Assembly (NCBI RefSeq): GCF_030693775.1
Contig: NZ_JAUXZY010000002.1
Location: 93,361-125,360 of the forward strand
DNA length: 32,000 nucleotides
Direction: 5' to 3'
Source: Polynucleobacter sp.
GTDB lineage: Bacteria; Pseudomonadota; Gammaproteobacteria; Burkholderiales; Burkholderiaceae
Part shown: in pieces, positions 1 to 8,289 of the stretch
Layout: the number at the start of each line of letters is the position of its first letter
How positions within the stretch are numbered: the first letter of the stretch is position 1
The notes under the pieces: model-generated
Seen by the model: the letters and a program-made list of their open reading frames with translations, nothing else
Told to the model about the DNA's origin: nothing
Databases searched by the model: none
Translations under genes and position numbers: made by a program

Positions 1-183
1 TTTTGTACTCTGTACTCATAACGACCCCATCTACGAAGAGAATAATTTGAATGCTTTCTTATTAAGCAAATTAAATTGCTACATCACAGACTCTACTTAA
101 ATTTGATCTAAATGTTTGTAAGGTTTTGTAATGCGGGTCAGCGAAAGACATGGTCAGAGCTTGTTCTCTGTTAGGATGACTCT

Positions 184-897
184 ATGTCAATAAATCCGAC
201 TCCCGTCATACCTCGCATTTTGGTAGTAGATGACGATACCCGCTTACGCGACCTTCTTATTTCCTTCTTAGGAAAAAATGGGATGATTGTTTTGGGTGCA
301 AATGATGGCGACGAAATGGGGGCCATATTAAAAAACGATATCTTTTCCCTGTATATCTTGGATATTAATTTGCCTGGTAAAAATGGTTGGGAGCTTTGTC
401 GGTCTTTGCGTAATAGCGGCAATAACACGCCCATCATCATGCTAACAGCGCGCAGCGAAGATCATGATCGAATACATGGCCTTGAATTAGGTGCCGATGA
501 CTACCTACCTAAACCATTTAATACGCGCGAATTATTAGCTCGCATACGCGCAGTTCTACGCAGGTTTAGCCCAGACTCCATCAACTTATCCATTGATGCG
601 CCCGTTGAATTTGATAATTTTTCGCTCGATATGTCTCGCAACCAACTGCTTCGTCACGGAAAGCCCGTTTCACAAACCGCAACGGAGCTGGCTTTACTCA
701 AGCTACTATTTAAGTATCGTGGCCATGCGATTTCGAGAGACTTTATCTGCTTTCAATTACATGGGAGAAACTATCAATCTGATGATCGCTCCATAGATGT
801 CTTGATATCAAGATTGCGTAAACAACTTGGACAACGTCCAGATGGAATGGGCTACATACAAACCATTCGTGGTCAAGGCTACATATTTTTACCCTAA
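184..897 (+). CDS. ompR: OmpR-family winged-helix response regulator
   Basis: 237 aa. Receiver domain motifs: RILVVDDD, phospho-acceptor Asp context LYILDINLPG, conserved Lys in LPKPF. C-terminal winged helix: GYIQTIRGQGYIFLP. The linker PKPFNTRELLARIRAVLRR closely resembles E. coli OmpR from memory. The stop lies 5 nt before the kinase gene. Confidence 0.9.
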   Translation: MSINPTPVIPRILVVDDDTRLRDLLISFLGKNGMIVLGANDGDEMGAILKNDIFSLYILDINLPGKNGWELCRSLRNSGNNTPIIMLTARSEDHDRIHGLELGADDYLPKPFNTRELLARIRAVLRRFSPDSINLSIDAPVEFDNFSLDMSRNQLLRHGKPVSQTATELALLKLLFKYRGHAISRDFICFQLHGRNYQSDDRSIDVLISRLRKQLGQRPDGMGYIQTIRGQGYIFLP

Positions 898-902
898 GAT
901 TA

Positions 903-2255
903 ATGATACCTATGAGGGCACTTCAATTTACGCAACATCGTATTTTTAGCAGTTTTTGGCTGTGGTTCGTTGCAATTCTAGTTATCAATCAACTACTGCT
1001 AATTATCGCAATTCGCTTTTTTCTCTTAAAGCCGCCGGCAGAAATTTTTGCCGATTCGATATTGATGATGAATGATGCTATACACCAAATTCGCATAGAT
1101 CAGGGTGACAGAGCAATAGAAAAATTATCACTTAAAGCGAAAATGTACAGCAGCACGGTTGAATTAGTTGATAGAGTTCCTGAAAAAATTACAAGTACCC
1201 GTTGGTATCCAGGCATATCAATAATCCAAGATTTCATCGCTAAGAAATCAAATGGGAAATTATCTATTGATTTTGAGCCCATACCGGATCTCTCGATCTG
1301 GCTTACCAATAGCGACTATCCAGGTCTAATATTAAAATTTAGCTACAAGGGGCAGCCTTTTACTAGGAACTATCTTGGTTGGGCATTTTTATTAACAATG
1401 GTATTGAGCTTGCTCGCCGCTTGGTGGATTGCGCGGAGAATAACCAGACCCTTATATCAACTGTCTGACCAAGCTCAAAATCTTGTTATTAGCAAAGAAT
1501 TTAATGCTATCAAAATAGATCCTAACGCTTCCCCGGAAATCAAAATTTTAACCAGAGCAATCAATGATATGCGCTCCGAACTGGATCGAACTATTAATGA
1601 CAGGGAAAACTTACTAGCCACAGTAACCCACGATTTACGGACCCCGCTAAGTCGGCTACAAATCGCCCTTGAGATGTTGGAGCCAACACAGCCCGATGCC
1701 ATTAAATCAACCCTTGAAGATGTATCTGAAATACGGATGATCTTGGAGCAATTTGTCGAACTATCAAAGTTAAATGTGGAGACAAATGAGTCATGGTCTT
1801 TGGAGGATTTAAATTCTTTTGTCGCAAAATTACGAGACCAATATCGTCGTGTAGGAGTTAATTTGCGGGCCATTCTAGAGGATAGCCCGGCCCCCATCTT
1901 GTGCAAACCAATAGCTCTTACTCGCCTGCTATATAACCTTATTGATAATGCATATCGTCATGGAGCCGGCAGCATTGAAGTTTCGGTAATTCGTGATGAT
2001 CAGGATTTTCTGTTACGAGTGAGCAATCATTTTGATAGCATGCATCAGGAAACTGGACTCACGCATGCATTCGCCGAAAATACTGGCAAGATGCCTGTCA
2101 CAGGCTTAGGGTTGCGAATTATCCATCAATTCGCCAAGGTACATCAAGCTGAGCTCGAAGAATCTCAACAGAATGGTATGAAAATATTTACTCTGCGTTT
2201 CAAGCCATCACTTGCAGAAGACTTGCCAGCAACTAAGAATGATATCGCTGAATGA
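903..2255 (+). CDS. envZ: EnvZ-like sensor histidine kinase
   Basis: 450 aa. Two predicted TM helices (FWLWFVAILVINQLLLIIAI; LGWAFLLTMVLSLLAAWWIA). H-box THDLRTPLSRL, N-box LIDNAYRHG, G-box GLGLRI. Tightly coupled to the upstream regulator gene. Confidence 0.9.
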   Translation: MIPMRALQFTQHRIFSSFWLWFVAILVINQLLLIIAIRFFLLKPPAEIFADSILMMNDAIHQIRIDQGDRAIEKLSLKAKMYSSTVELVDRVPEKITSTRWYPGISIIQDFIAKKSNGKLSIDFEPIPDLSIWLTNSDYPGLILKFSYKGQPFTRNYLGWAFLLTMVLSLLAAWWIARRITRPLYQLSDQAQNLVISKEFNAIKIDPNASPEIKILTRAINDMRSELDRTINDRENLLATVTHDLRTPLSRLQIALEMLEPTQPDAIKSTLEDVSEIRMILEQFVELSKLNVETNESWSLEDLNSFVAKLRDQYRRVGVNLRAILEDSPAPILCKPIALTRLLYNLIDNAYRHGAGSIEVSVIRDDQDFLLRVSNHFDSMHQETGLTHAFAENTGKMPVTGLGLRIIHQFAKVHQAELEESQQNGMKIFTLRFKPSLAEDLPATKNDIAE

Positions 2256-2348
2256 TTGCCTGCACCTCAAAATGATAATTTTATAAGGATCAGATAATCA
2301 TTTTTCCGCCAGCTATTTCAATGGATATTTAGAAAATGAAGGCTCACG

Positions 2349-2394
2349 ACTTTTAATCCGTTGGTCGCGAGTTCGAATCTCGCCCGACCCACCA
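2349..2394 (+). tRNA. Partial tRNA-Lys(UUU), 3' portion only (attachment-site remnant)
   Basis: Anticodon loop CTTTTAA (2350-2356). T-arm GCGAG-TTCGAAT-CTCGC (2367-2383). Acceptor 3' strand CCGACCC, then A, then CCA (2384-2394). Upstream there is no complementary 5' acceptor strand (GGGTCGG), no D-arm and no partner for the anticodon-stem strand TCCGT. Confidence 0.75.
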
Positions 2395-2405
2395 GTATCA
2401 AGAAA

Positions 2406-2431
2406 CCCCTACTAGCAATAGTGGGGGTTTT
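2406..2431 (+). terminator. Rho-independent terminator following the tRNA 3' fragment
   Basis: 9-bp stem CCCCTACTA / TAGTGGGGG (one G-U pair), GCAA loop, then TTTT. It starts 12 nt after the CCA end. Confidence 0.7.
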
Positions 2432-2548
2432 GTCTTCGTAGGTTGGTCAAATGTGGTGACTGTTCGGAACAATGCGGAGCTTTATGAACGTTTCGAGTGG
2501 GGATAGCCCACGCTAGATGACCGTTTGAACTATGAGCGTCTCAAGAGG

Positions 2549-2749
2549 TTACTTAGCGATCTTATGATCGCACTTGTTTACATCACCTGCGGCCAGAGAA
2601 AAACACCTAATTGTATCTTTGGCATCAATCATTAATTTCTCTGCCGCTATTAATAGCTCATGCGAAGAAATCTTCTTCAAACCTTGAGATTCAGCATTAA
2701 TTCTGTGAAATATTCGTTCAGTCAACTGAAGATTGGATAGCTTGCTCAT
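2549..2749 (-). CDS. Hypothetical small helical protein (66 aa), overlapping the upstream membrane-protein gene
   Basis: ATG preceded by AGGGAG about 8 nt upstream. Its start lies 32 nt inside the 3' end of the 353-aa ORF on the same strand, which suggests coupled expression. I recognise no motif. Confidence 0.5.
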   Translation of the reverse strand: MSKLSNLQLTERIFHRINAESQGLKKISSHELLIAAEKLMIDAKDTIRCFSLAAGDVNKCDHKIAK

Positions 2750-3779
2750 TAGATAACTCCCTTATTCCCAGTAAAGAAAATTCTAACTTCATGCGCAACT
2801 CAAAAGATCTAAGCAATTCAATATAGCTAGCCTTAAATCTTGTTTTGAAATAATGAGGTTGATCAGAATAGATTGAAATTACAAATATTACAGAATTAAA
2901 TTTTTCATAAAAAATTGGGTAGCAAATAAGAGATCCATCCTCATCTTTTCTTGTTGGATTCGGGGAAAACCTTGGTGAATCTTTATCCAGTTCCCGCTTA
3001 ATGCTCTCAATAATAAGAATGGACTTTGTATTTGCCGCATGCCTAATAGATGAATTAGGCTTATTCAATATATGAATCGGGGTTTTAACGCTGTGATTAT
3101 TAGGGTAATGAAACGGGATGTCATTTATGTAGCCATCTTGCATTTGCGCAAAATTAACCTTAAGAGTAAATTTTTCGCCTGGATTCTCAAGCTGCAAAAG
3201 CGCCAGCATAGATGAATGCAATCCTTGAACTAATTCGTTTAACTGGCTTGCAGGCTGGGTTATGGAGTTGAAAGTTTGCCCAATGTTTATAGGGCTATCC
3301 GAATTTTGAAGATCTATCAAAAAACGACTAAATCTTTGCTCTTTAGTTCCAACAATATTGTCGATTGAGCGGAGAAGAAGTGTAGGCATTTCTGTCCACC
3401 CATTTGGGTTCTCCTGATAAATGCTTTTTAGGAATTTATAGAAGGCAATTATAAAAAATGCCCACACACAACTAGCGAAGACTCCTATAACCATATATCG
3501 ATCAAGAAATTCTCCGGCATCGGGTAAATACTCCTTAATTTTTAATGCGAATCTATCTATCTGATAGTACTGCTGCAAAAAATAAGGTGGGAATGTTAAA
3601 ACAAAAGTTCCAAACAGCGAAAATAATATGGCGTGATTCTTTGAAAATCTTCTTGCATACGTTGCTAAGCCCACCAATATATTCGAATCTTTCCACTTTT
3701 CGAAAATGGATTTTTTGATGGGCGCAGACTTGACTACAATTTTGCGAGATCGCCTGTTCTTTTCACGGCTTTGGGTCAT
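2718..3779 (-). CDS. Hypothetical 2-TM membrane protein with GAF-like C-terminal domain
   Basis: 353 aa. Basic N-terminus. Two hydrophobic helices (AILFSLFGTFVLTFPPYFLQQYY; YMVIGVFASCVWAFFIIAFYKFL). The C-terminal segment GSLICYPIFYEKFNSVIFVISIYSDQPHYF...YIELLRSFE resembles the GAF-domain core pattern, but the similarity is weak and judged by eye. Confidence 0.7.
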   Translation of the reverse strand: MTQSREKNRRSRKIVVKSAPIKKSIFEKWKDSNILVGLATYARRFSKNHAILFSLFGTFVLTFPPYFLQQYYQIDRFALKIKEYLPDAGEFLDRYMVIGVFASCVWAFFIIAFYKFLKSIYQENPNGWTEMPTLLLRSIDNIVGTKEQRFSRFLIDLQNSDSPINIGQTFNSITQPASQLNELVQGLHSSMLALLQLENPGEKFTLKVNFAQMQDGYINDIPFHYPNNHSVKTPIHILNKPNSSIRHAANTKSILIIESIKRELDKDSPRFSPNPTRKDEDGSLICYPIFYEKFNSVIFVISIYSDQPHYFKTRFKASYIELLRSFELRMKLEFSLLGIRELSNEQAIQSSVD

Positions 3780-3870
3780 TAACTTAAATTCATAAATATC
3801 AATTCAACACTACACTACCATAAAGCACGCTCAGCAAATGATTGGTTCAGGGTGGCAATTGACCGCTAGC

Positions 3871-3889
3871 TTGTCGTGTTTCCCGACAA
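3871..3889. repeat. Hairpin repeat TTGTCG-N7-CGACAA (family shared with 16317 and 31677)
   Basis: TTGTCGTGTTTCCCGACAA has a 6-bp perfect stem. It is 23/30 identical to the 31677 copy when extended to 30 nt. It is also 15/19 identical to the GTGTCGTGTTTCGAGACAC repeat at 16256. Confidence 0.6.
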
Positions 3890-3973
3890 ACTAGGCTTCC
3901 CCAGCCCTATCCCTACGGATTCTGTGCTCAAGCTCCACAGACTCGCCCACTGTCCGCTTACGCCCAAGAATAA

Positions 3974-4780
3974 TCACTCCGAAGGGGGGATATCAGCTGA
4001 AACAGGAGCCTCCGATGATTTGACTTGAGCTGCAGAGTTTTTCGCTTTCTTTGAGATGGCTTTGGCTATTTTTTTGGATGCCTCCTTAGCCTTATCACCC
4101 TCCTGAACTTCCCTCTTAATCACCTCATTCAATAAAACTGACTTAATGTCATCAGTATCAATTTTGACGTCTGGAGAAACGCGACGAAGCTCTCTACGGA
4201 TCACATCTAGCACTGGATCAGTTTGTAGCATGGCGCCAATAAAGAATCTGGAAAGGGCCTGTCGCTGGGTGTGATAGTCACCCAAAGCAGATTTGATCCA
4301 TCCCTCCTTACATAGCAGATACAAAGATTCAACATCATCCTTAGATCTACTATTGATGGAAGTCATATCCAATGCCACAACTAACTCTTTATCGATTGGC
4401 TTCTCAAAAATTACCTTGTAAACAAACCAAGTAATTCCGTTCGTAAGTACTACCCAGTCAAGGCCTTGATTGGCAGCATAGTCAATTGCCTGCTTGATAT
4501 GCTGCTCTTTTAACTCGATCCCAATTGCTTTAGCCTCGATTAATATGGCCAGCCGATTATCGAGTTTGATTGCCAAATCACAATAGGTACCTCTAATTGC
4601 AAACTCCGAAGTAACCTCAGAATATTTGTCATACCCAAAGATATCTGAGAGCATGTCCTTAATCAGGGTAACGGTATCCGCCTCGCCAACATCTCTAGAT
4701 CTTGCGGCAACCAGAAGAGGTTGATATTTTTTTATACCAGATACAACTCTTTCGGTTATCTTTTTTGGAATGGTGGCCAT
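3974..4780 (-). CDS. HsdR-N-like PD-(D/E)xK nuclease-fold protein, stand-alone
   Basis: I chose the start at Met24 of the tracked ORF (MATIPKK), which has AGGA 8 nt upstream. The core GTYCDLAIKLDNRLAILIEAKAIG...VVLTNG matches the D...(E/D)xK restriction-endonuclease-like pattern typical of type I R-subunit N-terminal domain proteins. The C-terminal tail is Lys/Ala-rich. Confidence 0.75.
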   Translation of the reverse strand: MATIPKKITERVVSGIKKYQPLLVAARSRDVGEADTVTLIKDMLSDIFGYDKYSEVTSEFAIRGTYCDLAIKLDNRLAILIEAKAIGIELKEQHIKQAIDYAANQGLDWVVLTNGITWFVYKVIFEKPIDKELVVALDMTSINSRSKDDVESLYLLCKEGWIKSALGDYHTQRQALSRFFIGAMLQTDPVLDVIRRELRRVSPDVKIDTDDIKSVLLNEVIKREVQEGDKAKEASKKIAKAISKKAKNSAAQVKSSEAPVSADIPPSE

Positions 4781-4910
4781 ACTTAATCCTTCATAAAATT
4801 GTTTAGGTGGGCATTTGATTATGTTTTTAACTAATAAATAGTACTCCACCTCAAATCATTTTGGGTTGATGCAAAGCTGTATTTAAAAAAGGCTATTCCA
4901 GAGTATTCAT

Positions 4911-5285
4911 TCATAGAAATTTGCAAGTCCCAAAAGCAATTCCACCACGACCATTGTTCTCAACAAACTTCATATCTGGGAAGAGCTGGATATCGTACTG
5001 ACTTCTAAATAGGTAGAATTTCTTGTATCCCACATGCTTGTCTACTTCCACCCTGTCAATATCGTAGGAATCACAAGTGACTTTATTGTCATTAGGCTTA
5101 ATACTGCATCTATCGACTTTGGGTTTATCTGAATCGTGAATTCTGGCGGAAAACTTGTATTTTTCCATTTGAGCTGGCTGATAGACATTCTCAAAATCTA
5201 GCTTCCTTGTAACAGCACAGTCATAACTGGCGGCACTTACTAAACTGGATGCTACAAGCGAACAAACAAATACTAAGAATTTCAT
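4911..5285 (-). CDS. Hypothetical secreted protein (124 aa)
   Basis: N-terminal signal peptide MKFLVFVCSLVASSLVSAAS. Four further Cys residues. No recognisable domain. Confidence 0.6.
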   Translation of the reverse strand: MKFLVFVCSLVASSLVSAASYDCAVTRKLDFENVYQPAQMEKYKFSARIHDSDKPKVDRCSIKPNDNKVTCDSYDIDRVEVDKHVGYKKFYLFRSQYDIQLFPDMKFVENNGRGGIAFGTCKFL

Positions 5286-5368
5286 AAAGACCCCAAAAAT
5301 AACTATTTTCAGTTTAGTTATGGTGCATATAACTGTCTAGCTCTGATTTAAGGGATTTTATAACCGGC

Positions 5369-5391
5369 AAGTGTCGCGTTTCGAGACACTT
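5369..5391 (+). repeat. 23-nt direct repeat / putative att core (left copy)
   Basis: AAGTGTCGCGTTTCGAGACACTT is 22/23 identical to 16254-16276 in the same orientation. It contains an internal 7-bp inverted repeat AAGTGTC/GACACTT around a 9-nt spacer. Confidence 0.65.
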
Positions 5392-5488
5392 AAGGGTCTC
5401 TAGATACTTAATACAAGGGTAAATATCTAGTTCATGAAGTATATGATTAAGCTCTAATTACTCAATCCAATACCGACGAGGAGTTAGT

Positions 5489-5692
5489 ATGCGCAGATTT
5501 AAAGATATTAATGAGGCATGGCAACAAGGCTATACCGACGGATGGATGTCAATTCAACCAACGAAACCGCCTATGCCAGAACGTCCAGGTACGGTACCAG
5601 ATGGAGAGGGAGATCAAATCCAGCGCTATTACGATGCCGGCTATTATCAAGGTCAATTAGATGCGACAAAAAGCAGTGGTGGAATAACCTAA
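5489..5692 (+). CDS. Hypothetical small protein (67 aa)
   Basis: ATG with GAGGAG 6 nt upstream. Pro/Gly/Tyr-rich. No known motif. The alternative frame 5518-5730 looks less protein-like (Arg/Ser/Trp-rich). Confidence 0.5.
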   Translation: MRRFKDINEAWQQGYTDGWMSIQPTKPPMPERPGTVPDGEGDQIQRYYDAGYYQGQLDATKSSGGIT

Positions 5693-5850
5693 TAACAACT
5701 TCAGATATCCCCAGGAAAAAACTTTTTTAAGAGAAGTAGATCCCAGCCCGATTAAACAAATTGCATTTAACCCTTCTTTTTTATACATGAAACCAAAAAT
5801 TAATCTAAATAGTTATTTGACCATATCAAAAGAGATATAAAATCCACGAC

Positions 5851-6225
5851 ATGTCTTGGCCACAATACTTTCCTCCTGAATGCCCACCAGCCGACTCACA
5901 AGATCTAGAGGTTACAGTTTTCAGGCTTGTAAGATCGCTCCCTCCAACTATCGAAGATTTTAAGCCAGCGCTCGTTGAATATCCACACAGAAATTTTTCG
6001 CCCGATAAGTTGTGTATGGCCTGTGGAGTTTCGGTTTTTTCTAAATTAAATGAGATTATCGATAAAAGAGATGCGTTCAAAGCATTGAGAAATAGAAAAA
6101 TTGCCAAGGGGTTAATCAGTCAAGGTGACGGTCCATTGTTACTATCCAACAAGGATTCACACATTACTTGGTGGTCAAAAATTCAGGCGCCACACATAAA
6201 TTTTGCAGAAGCCGTAAATGAATAG
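5851..6225 (+). CDS. Hypothetical protein (124 aa) with ECPPAD...C-x2-C(G)VSVF pattern
   Basis: Its stop overlaps the start of the next ORF by 8 nt (6218-6225). N-terminal FPPECPPADSQ...VFRLV...P..EDF and central LCMACGVSVF. I cannot assign a family. The SD is weak. Confidence 0.6.
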   Translation: MSWPQYFPPECPPADSQDLEVTVFRLVRSLPPTIEDFKPALVEYPHRNFSPDKLCMACGVSVFSKLNEIIDKRDAFKALRNRKIAKGLISQGDGPLLLSNKDSHITWWSKIQAPHINFAEAVNE

Positions 6226-7378
6226 CTCTGAATTTTTTAAGAAAATCATCGCTAACCTTACCCCATTAGAAATTTTCATTTTTCATGATGGTCCGAGATT
6301 CTATAGTTGTCGAGACTTAACTGGTCAACAGTATTTAGTTTATTGGGTAGATGAAACAGATCAAGGGGATGAATGGCTCTATGAAAGAGTGAGTCCAGAA
6401 AGACTTAATAGCTTGAAATCTGGACAAATCTCTATACATCAAGCTCTAAAGAATCCAGAGGATTATTGTGCATACATAGTAAAACCTTTTCATAACTCGC
6501 TTTCAGTTAATGAAATCTCCTGCGATCAAATTGAGGAAGATTGGCTTCCACCAGAATCATACTTTCTAAGTGTTGAAACAAAAACTTTGCCAGATAAATT
6601 AATATCAACTGACGCATTGGCGCTTAGCTCAAAAAGAGAAGTTTTAGATATTGCTTTTGTAAAAAAATCAAATGCATATGAACTTTCATGCGGAAAGCTT
6701 GGATTAATTTTGAATGCAATTCAATCAACAGTCAATTCATTGATGCTGCCAAGCGAATCAAACGTTCGGAAAATTCCAGAGCACTTAAAATATCAGTCTG
6801 AACTAAACATCACAGGAATATATGCGAGCTCTTTCGGAATTAGACTTCAGTCAAGAGGGAGCGAACTTTTGCCAGGAGGAGCCCTCTCTAGTGCGCTAGA
6901 GACTCTTAGTAGACTACTTTCAGAAACAGATTCGCCCGAGTTAATGGTTAAAAATATAAAAGCCGTTAATGTTTTGAGTCGTAGTAGATTTAAGAATCTA
7001 TTAACTACTCTTGTTGATTCAACGGTTGCCATAAAACTTGAGTGGGCATCCCCTGAGGGTCGTCAACTTTCAACAAACTGCTCTTACGAAAAATTAAGCC
7101 AATCACTTACAAAACTTGAGCAATCAGAAGAGGCAAACAAAGAAGATATCGATGTAAGCGGAAAACTAGTTGGAGTCGATGTAGAGAATGACTTTTTTGC
7201 AATAATTGCTGATGATAAAACCCTGATTAAAGGCAAACTATCAAAAGACCTCACTAATAGCAACTTTGTAGTGCCAAGCAGAATTCAAGCAATCATAGAG
7301 GCTACATGCGTGACCGATCCAGTTACAGATCGTGATAAGTGGTCTAACACTCTCATAAGTTATAAAAAATTGGAATAA
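6218..7378 (+). CDS. Hypothetical protein (386 aa), coupled to the 124-aa ORF
   Basis: Long uninterrupted ORF with ordinary amino-acid composition and an overlapping start. No catalytic motif recognised. Confidence 0.75.
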   Translation: MNSSEFFKKIIANLTPLEIFIFHDGPRFYSCRDLTGQQYLVYWVDETDQGDEWLYERVSPERLNSLKSGQISIHQALKNPEDYCAYIVKPFHNSLSVNEISCDQIEEDWLPPESYFLSVETKTLPDKLISTDALALSSKREVLDIAFVKKSNAYELSCGKLGLILNAIQSTVNSLMLPSESNVRKIPEHLKYQSELNITGIYASSFGIRLQSRGSELLPGGALSSALETLSRLLSETDSPELMVKNIKAVNVLSRSRFKNLLTTLVDSTVAIKLEWASPEGRQLSTNCSYEKLSQSLTKLEQSEEANKEDIDVSGKLVGVDVENDFFAIIADDKTLIKGKLSKDLTNSNFVVPSRIQAIIEATCVTDPVTDRDKWSNTLISYKKLE

Positions 7379-7536
7379 TGTTGGGCGGATAACTCCGCCT
7401 GCCCAGCCTTAATCTTCTGCCTAGCCCGCTCAGCTTTAATAGCTTGCTGATCACGCTTTACACGATCCTTCATTGATTTAAGTCTAGCTTGCTCTGGGCT
7501 TAATGGCTTTTGTGGGGCAATTTCATCAAATCTCAT
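7360..7536 (-). CDS. Possible small ORF (58 aa, highly charged coiled-coil-like)
   Basis: Hand-translated: MRFDEIAPQKPLSPEQARLKSMKDRVKRDQQAIKAERARQKIKAGQAELSAQHYSNFL. Its ATG lies 2 nt after the stop of the 48-aa ORF. It is below the 60-aa cut-off of the ORF track and has no clear SD. Confidence 0.3.
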   Translation of the reverse strand: MRFDEIAPQKPLSPEQARLKSMKDRVKRDQQAIKAERARQKIKAGQAELSAQHYSNFL

Positions 7537-7538
7537 AG

Positions 7539-7685
7539 TTAACCAATCTGCAGGGGTTGATGTGGCACGTTATTGGCACCAAAGATAGCTTGAAACAACC
7601 GATATGCCTGAGCCTGGTTTTGGGCGTACAAAATGGTCTCCACCCACATCCCTGCTGCATTTACTGTTGCCTTATATCTTTTCAT
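7539..7685 (-). CDS. Possible small ORF (48 aa)
   Basis: Hand-translated: MKRYKATVNAAGMWVETILYAQNQAQAYRLFQAIFGANNVPHQPLQIG. It lies 24 nt downstream of the 177-aa gene on the same strand. The composition is protein-like. No clear SD. Confidence 0.3.
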   Translation of the reverse strand: MKRYKATVNAAGMWVETILYAQNQAQAYRLFQAIFGANNVPHQPLQIG

Positions 7686-7709
7686 ATAGATATTTAGCAA
7701 ACCCGGTAG

Positions 7710-8243
7710 TCAACCACGCTTAACTTGATAATCCTCAATTTTAGGATCCCATATGTAGCTTAAGGATTCGGCATAGTCTTTGCCCACAAAAAGAAGAGTT
7801 TTCCGAATTTCATCAATTGAGACTCTATAAAGAACATTCTTTGCCTGACGGTCCGAGCAAAGCATAATTTCAGACCAATTTCGAGTTTTATCTCGTATTG
7901 CGAAAATTGCCCTGGAATGAATAAATTGATTGGCTAAATGCTTCACGGATATCTTGTCATCAAATTCGCGATCAAAAGAATAGAGCCTCTCAATATCAAA
8001 ATAATTTAACTTAGTGAGAGACCTTCTATTCCATGGCACACAGCGCACTGAAACTCTGTAATCATCAGATTTTTTTGATGTCTTATCCCTCTCAAGTAAG
8101 GTTCGGACGATATAAAAAGAAATCATGAGTTCTTTTTCAAAAATGACCAAAGCACGGTCGCTCCAGCGCTTTGGATTTTTTACAGGCCTAAGTCTTCGAG
8201 CATGATCCAGAAGGTCTTCTCGCCAATAATAAGATTCAATCAT
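7710..8243 (-). CDS. Hypothetical protein (177 aa), downstream partner of the HEPN-motif protein
   Basis: Same strand, 46 nt after the 330-aa gene. No motif recognised; ANQFIHSRAIF does not fit Rx4-6H. Confidence 0.7.
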   Translation of the reverse strand: MIESYYWREDLLDHARRLRPVKNPKRWSDRALVIFEKELMISFYIVRTLLERDKTSKKSDDYRVSVRCVPWNRRSLTKLNYFDIERLYSFDREFDDKISVKHLANQFIHSRAIFAIRDKTRNWSEIMLCSDRQAKNVLYRVSIDEIRKTLLFVGKDYAESLSYIWDPKIEDYQVKRG

Positions 8244-8289
8244 TCAAAATAACCCCCAGAAGTGCTGATTAAGATCTTAATAGGATGTA

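Noticed and set aside
171-1906. ORFs 171-440(-), 593-796(+), 1100-1309(-) and 1475-1906(-) overlapping ompR/envZ
   Set aside because: They overlap confidently called two-component genes in other frames or on the other strand. No independent support.
2319-2394. A complete tRNA gene, or a tmRNA 3' end
   Set aside because: The 76 nt ending at CCA cannot form an acceptor stem (5' ATGGATA versus 3' CCGACCC). They also lack a D-arm and the 5' anticodon-stem strand. A tmRNA would need about 360 nt, but only 140 nt separate the kinase stop from the CCA end. I kept it only as a 3' tRNA-Lys fragment.
5826-6107. Minus-strand ORF 5826-6107, and the alternative frame 5518-5730
   Set aside because: The first is antisense to the 124-aa ORF, which is coupled to the downstream gene. 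The second overlaps the SD-supported 67-aa ORF and has an Arg/Ser/Trp-biased composition.
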